A stretch of 20,000 nucleotides of DNA from Picochlorum sp. SENEW3 (lineage: Eukaryota), in contig CP120466.1 in NCBI GenBank assembly GCA_034226945.1, positions 54,138 through 74,137 of the forward strand, read 5' to 3'. This document shows positions 11,684-20,000 of the stretch, piece after piece (position 1 is the stretch's first letter; each line of letters starts with the position of its first letter). Below the pieces are notes generated by a model. It made no database searches, was not told the DNA's origin, and saw only the letters and a list, made by a program, of their open reading frames with translations. The position numbers and the translations under genes are program-made.

Positions 11684-14079
11684 ATGTCTTTTGTACCTGT
11701 AATTCGAGATTACATTGAAGTAGTAAATACTTTAAGTCAAAACACAGGTGGGTTGATTCAACCAATTGAACTGTTTCAAGAAACAGTCATGTTTTTATCA
11801 AAAACACTTCAATTTGGTTTAGTTTATATTTTTACCTTTCAATGGATTCGTGATTTTAGTTTATTACCTATAAATATCCCACAAATTTCTATTTCATTAT
11901 TTAGTGAAAATTTATTTATAGATAATCCCGAAAATTCATTTTTTTCATTTTTAGAAATACCAGCTGTAAAACAAAATAACTTACTATTAGGTTTTTTAAA
12001 TAGTTTTTTCTTAACTTTACCTATTTCAATTGTTCATATAATTAGTCTTCGTCGTTTATATATTAAAGGAATTCCAGCGGCAGTATACTCTATTGGGGGT
12101 TATCTCGTTGGGCAACTTTTCTGTATTGCCTGCATTCTTTTTGGAATTCGTACTATTATTAATCCGTGGTTTAGTTTTGAACCCTATAATTATATTATAG
12201 GAATAGTTTTAATTTTTCGTGTCATTTATTCTATGACACAAGAAAATTTACGAGAAATTCATGGTTGGCATGATTCACAATATATAAAGTATTTTTTTAC
12301 AACTTTTATTTTAGCCTGGTGTGAACAAACTTCTATTTTCCAATATATAGGAAATATAAGTATTAATCCTAATACTAGTTTATTAGAAATTTCTGCCTTA
12401 ACACCGACCTATACAACTATAAGCCAACATATTCTTTATTTATTTGGTTTATTTATTGGCAGTGTTTTTTATACTGTAATTTGGGGATACATATTTTTAT
12501 GTATAAAAAATGTATTTATTAAATATACACCTCTATTTATTAGTACATTTATTCAGCAAATAAATCGTGGGACTTTTATCATTGCCATTGCATTAAGTTT
12601 AAGTTCCATTCCATTTTATGGATTAGATTATCTAATAACAAATCCATTAGGTTTTGTTTCACAAGATAAAATTTTTAAAAATACTGTATTTGATCAATAT
12701 AATATTAAAGATTCAGTAGTTGGTTTAGGTATATCAAGTCAATTTGATAGTGTTGATATCGATATTAGTCCATTTGATCGTGGTCGTTATTTACTTTATC
12801 CTGAAAAAGTGTTTCCATTTAGTTTTGAAGATTTAAATTATCGTGGTGAAGCTGAATGGACAAACCGATTTGATAAAGTTTCAACAGTTACAGATTCACG
12901 TGCTGGTTTTTTAAGTTTATCAAAAATTTTAAAAAAACAAAATACACAAGATACTCAATCTAATTTAGAACAAAATCAAAGTATTTTACCACCAATTTCA
13001 AATTTTTCAGTAAAAAACGAAATAAATCCCGATATTGGATTAGAAACTAAAGATACACGTTTTAATGATTGGTATACATTAGATCCAAATCTTGCACCTG
13101 AAGATGGTCCAACTTTAGAAACAATATTTTCAGATGGTCAAGATGTATCATTTCCATTAGATTTTACTCGTATCGCTTCGTTTGAACCTGGAAATATCGA
13201 TTTAAAAATTAAACAAAAATATTATTCAAGTCAAGTTTATAAAAATTTATTAGCAATTGATATTGATTTATTTTTAAATCGACAACCTCAAAACTTTAAA
13301 TTAAGTGATAAAAATGAATTAGATTTATTTACAAAACGTCGTATTTTATCGTCATATTATGATTCAATGCGAGATTATTCAAAATTACCTTATTCAAATA
13401 ATTTTGATAATTTTTTTAATGGTTCAAAAAGTTTTACAAGTAAAGTTTATAATCAACAATTTAAAGGAACTTTACGTTCAGTTGCTCGTTTATTTTCATT
13501 ATCTTATGATAATGAGTCAAATCAACTATCAAATAAATTAGTTTTAAAATTTGATCAACCTTTATACGTAGATAAATCTTATTCTGTAGTACATGAAGAA
13601 CTACCAACGACTGTAAAGAATACTTCATCAAATTTAGTAATTTCACCTTTATATGCTGGTTGGGATGAAACAATGCGAAAATTTGTAATTACAAATAAAT
13701 TATTACCTAAATCAAACTCAACAACAGTAACAATTCCAACTGAAGTTAAAAATAATTTTTAAATTTCAATAAAAACCAAACTCAATTAACAAAAATTAAA
13801 TTTACAACTTGGCCATTAACACAAGAAATTATAAATAAAGGAAAATCTAAATCAGATATACCGTTTTCAACATTATATGTTACAGAATCAGAATTCCAAG
13901 GAACAAATGATCCTGCTTTTGAAACATTATCAACGTTACCATTAAATTGGGAAACTATTCAACGTCGTAGTGCTTCTGCAATTGGAAAAACATATGAAAA
14001 TATATTTGATTATTTAGCACCAAAACGCGGTGGATTTATTTGGCCTGGAACAGCAAATTTAAATTTAAAAATTAAGTAA
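11684..14079 (+). CDS. ycf1: Ycf1 (Tic214), green-algal type, with one apparent frameshift at ~13756-13760
   Basis: N-terminal membrane region (GFLNSFFLTLP, LAWCEQ), DRGRY and YAGWDE motifs. The C-terminus (KFTTWP...APKRGGFIWPG) continues in the -1 frame to TAA 14077-14079; adding one T gives 798 aa. Confidence 0.9.
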
Positions 14080-14100
14080 CTTAGTAACTTTTTATTTTTA

Positions 14101-14130
14101 TTGATTTTGTTATGTTTAGTATGATATACT
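14101..14130 (+). promoter_or_regulatory. putative psbA promoter
   Basis: TTGATT (14101-14106), 18 nt, TATACT (14125-14130) with extended TG, 74 nt upstream of the ATG. Confidence 0.65.
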
Positions 14131-14142
14131 AAACATAACAAA
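14106..14142. terminator. 3' inverted repeat after ycf1, overlapping the psbA promoter
   Basis: TTTGTTATGTTTAGTAT-gat-ATACTAAACATAACAAA, 17-bp perfect stem. Confidence 0.7.
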
Positions 14143-14201
14143 TTATATATTTATAATTTTGGGAAACATTCCATATTAGGAAAAAAATTAACAAGATTTA
14201 A

Positions 14202-15266
<1,065 letters not shown>

Positions 15267-15292
15267 TTCTTCTACTAAGTCAATCATTACTT

Positions 15293-15321
15293 ATTTCAGA
15301 GAGAGATAATCTCTCTGAAAT
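15293..15321. terminator. 3' inverted repeat after psbA
   Basis: ATTTCAGAGAGA-gataa-TCTCTCTGAAAT, 12-bp stem. Confidence 0.75.
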
Positions 15322-15573
15322 TTATTTTTTCGATAAAAATTAGCTGTATTCTAGTTTTTTATTTAGATTTTCTATCTAGATACTGCAATTATAAATATAA
15401 TTGCAAACCAAGTTATTGAGTTTATATATTAATTGAATATATTACTTCTATAAGAAATAATTTTTTTCCTAAAAATATCAATAACCAATTTCTGGTCTAG
15501 TATTTCATAACTTATTTTTCTCAAAATTATGTTAATTATCAATTATACGAATTGATTCTAATAGTCAATTATT

Positions 15574-15657
15574 TGCATCCAGTTGGGTTTGAACCAACGA
15601 CGTTCATATGAAATCGCATTATGAGTGCGATGCAATCGACCACTCTGCCATGGATGC
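15574..15657 (-). tRNA. trnI: tRNA with CAU anticodon and long variable arm, probably tRNA-Ile2 (lysidine-modified)
   Basis: Minus strand GCATCCA...TCGCA-CTCATAA-TGCGA, 15-nt variable region, GTTGG-TTCAAAC-CCAAC, TGGATGCA; 84 nt. The GCATCCA/TGGATGC acceptor stem matches plastid trnI(CAU). Confidence 0.8.
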
Positions 15658-15678
15658 TTGAAGAAATCATCTATAATG

Positions 15679-15707
15679 ATTATACCATAAAATAAATTAT
15701 TTTTTAA
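15679..15707 (-). promoter_or_regulatory. putative trnI(CAU) promoter
   Basis: Minus strand TGgTATAAT extended -10 (15679-15684) with a weak -35 TTAAAA at 17-nt spacing. Confidence 0.45.
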
Positions 15708-15737
15708 TTCTTACGGAATATTGAAATTCCGTAAGAA
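15708..15737. terminator. 3' inverted repeat after rbcL
   Basis: TTCTTACGGAAT-attgaa-ATTCCGTAAGAA, 12-bp stem. Confidence 0.75.
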
Positions 15738-15755
15738 ATGAGTCTCAAAAAAAAA

Positions 15756-17205
<1,450 letters not shown>

Positions 17206-17266
17206 TTATGATTTTACAATCTGCCCGAAAATAAGTCTAAAATATTTTAGACATCTTATATAACAA

Positions 17267-17295
17267 AGAATAGCATATTCTGAGAAATCTGACAA
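17267..17295 (-). promoter_or_regulatory. putative rbcL promoter
   Basis: Minus strand TTGTCA, 17 nt, TATTCT with extended TG; palindrome GTCTAAAATATTTTAGAC (17235-17252) lies in the 5' UTR. Confidence 0.65.
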
Positions 17296-17333
17296 TAGGG
17301 TATTCGATACTAATGATACTATATCATATTAAT

Positions 17334-17406
17334 CGGGACTGACGGGACTCGAACCCGCAACTTTCGCCGTGACAGGGCGATGCTCCACCAATTGAACTAC
17401 AGCCCC
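17334..17406 (-). tRNA. trnD: tRNA-Asp(GUC)
   Basis: Minus strand GGGGCTG...TCGCC-CTGTCAC-GGCGA...GGTTCGAGTCC...CAGTCCCG. Confidence 0.96.
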
Positions 17407-17412
17407 TATTTA

Positions 17413-17443
17413 TCACATATAGTGTATATTTTACTATATGTGA
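17413..17443. terminator. inverted repeat between rps14 and trnD
   Basis: TCACATATAGT (17413-17423) and ACTATATGTGA (17433-17443). Confidence 0.6.
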
Positions 17444-17459
17444 ATATAAAAACAAGCTA

Positions 17460-17762
17460 TTACCAACTCGATTTTGTAACACCAGGTAATAATCCTTCTA
17501 AAGCATATTCACGTAAAATATGTCGTGAAACCCCAAAATCACGAAAATAACCTTTCGGTCGTCCTGTTACTGAACATCGGTTATGTAATCGTGTTGGCGA
17601 ACTATTTATTGGTAATTGTTGTAATTTTCTATGTAATGAAAGTTTTTCTTCCATTGATTGAGCTTGTTTAATTTGGAATTTTAATGAATTTCTTTTCTCT
17701 AAATATTTATTATATAAAGCAAAACGTTTTTGATCACGAGCAATCATGCTTTTTTTAGCCAT
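17460..17762 (-). CDS. rps14: 30S ribosomal protein S14
   Basis: MAKKSMIAR...[14 protein letters not shown]...[11 protein letters not shown], 100 aa. Confidence 0.98.
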   Translation of the reverse strand: MAKKSMIARDQKRFALYNKYLEKRNSLKFQIKQAQSMEEKLSLHRKLQQLPINSSPTRLHNRCSVTGRPKGYFRDFGVSRHILREYALEGLLPGVTKSSW

Positions 17763-17816
17763 AATGATAAATGAAAGTGTATTTTATTATTACAATTAGT
17801 AGCAAATCTGTTTAAT

Positions 17817-17889
17817 AGCGGGTAACGCGACTCGAACGCGCGACATGCACCTTGGCAAGGTGCCGCTCTACCAACTGAGCTATACCCGC
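17817..17889 (-). tRNA. trnG: tRNA-Gly(GCC)
   Basis: Minus strand GCGGGTA...GCACC-TTGCCAA-GGTGC...GTTCGAGTC...TACCCGCT. Confidence 0.97.
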
Positions 17890-17909
17890 GTTAGATAGCT
17901 TCATAGTGG

Positions 17910-17983
17910 TGCCTGCTACTAGATTTGAACTAGTGACATTCCGCGTATGAGACGGACGCTCTGACCAACTGAGCTAAGCAGGC
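17910..17983 (-). tRNA. trnM: elongator tRNA-Met(CAU), CCA encoded at 17907-17909
   Basis: Minus strand GCCTGCT/AGCAGGC acceptor stem with paired 1:72 and no GGG/CCC anticodon stem, so not the initiator; loop CTCATAC. Confidence 0.9.
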
Positions 17984-17993
17984 TTCTATTTAT

Positions 17994-18021
17994 ATAATAA
18001 TATATAAAAGTTTTTTGACAA
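17994..18021 (-). promoter_or_regulatory. putative trnM-trnG-rps14 promoter
   Basis: Minus strand TTGTCA, 16 nt, TATTAT. Confidence 0.45.
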
Positions 18022-18029
18022 GAAGTAAA

Positions 18030-18066
18030 AATCATATAAGATAGAATAGTACTATCTTATATGATT
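18030..18066. terminator. 3' inverted repeat after atpA
   Basis: AATCATATAAGATAG-aatagta-CTATCTTATATGATT, 15-bp stem. Confidence 0.75.
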
Positions 18067-18075
18067 CATAAAGTA

Positions 18076-19616
<1,541 letters not shown>

Positions 19617-19759
19617 TTAACAGATTACGTGATAAAACACGTTTAAAATATAGAAACCTATATTTTTTATAAAAACAGAATGTTTTTAATTTTGTTAATG
19701 TTTTTTACAAAAACTATATTACTCAAAATAATAAAACAATATATTGTTTATACTTTTGA

Positions 19760-20000
19760 TTATTGTGGTTTAAAATTCGTGAATAAAACAATTTGAAAAT
19801 TGTTTATTGCACTATGCACTGATGCATTTAAACGTTGAGTAAGTTTTTCATTAACCTGATGTAATGCTAATTTTACTAGTTTTTGTGCAAGCTCACTTTG
19901 AGCTTTTTGTTGCTCAAGTTGTAATACTTCTTTTTGCATTACACTTAAACGTTGAATATCTTCTTGATTTTGTTGAACAATTTGATTACGTTCACGCTCG
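19760..20000 (-). CDS. atpF: ATP synthase CF0 subunit I (b), C-terminal part (5'-truncated by window edge)
   Basis: Manual translation ERERNQIVQQNQEDIQRLSVMQKEVLQLEQQKAQSELAQKLVKLALHQVNEKLTQRLNASVHSAINNFQIVLFTNFKPQ*; helical, directly upstream of atpA. Confidence 0.92.
   Translation of the reverse strand, partial: ERERNQIVQQNQEDIQRLSVMQKEVLQLEQQKAQSELAQKLVKLALHQVNEKLTQRLNASVHSAINNFQIVLFTNFKPQ

Noticed and set aside
15322..15573. tmRNA or group I intron remnant in the psbA-trnI spacer
   Set aside because: No Ala-like acceptor ends or T-arm-CCA, and no convincing P/Q/R/S core on either strand.

Overview
An AT-rich, compact, intron-free segment of a green-algal (Chlorophyta) chloroplast genome. 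Gene content (minD, chlL/chlN, ycf20, no ndh genes) and the 16S sequence suggest a small trebouxiophyte/Chlorellales-type plastome; that placement is inference. Gene order: atpE (partial), rps4, rrs-trnI(GAU)-trnA(UGC)-rrl-rrf, trnL(UAG), ycf20, psaC, trnN, minD, trnR(ACG), chlN, chlL, ccsA, rpl32, ycf1, psbA, trnI(CAU), rbcL, trnD, rps14, trnG(GCC), trnMe(CAU), atpA, atpF (partial). ycf1, rbcL (twice) and atpA are broken by single missing bases, most likely read or assembly errors. The small-single-copy-type gene block is flanked by only one rRNA operon, which implies loss of the inverted repeat. I see no clearly new protein-coding system. The best leads are non-coding: an SRP-RNA-like hairpin between minD and trnR, a ~250-nt structured spacer between psbA and trnI(CAU) with partial resemblance to RNase P RNA, a long-variable-arm tRNA(CAU), and repeated overlap of sigma70-type promoters with 3' inverted repeats.
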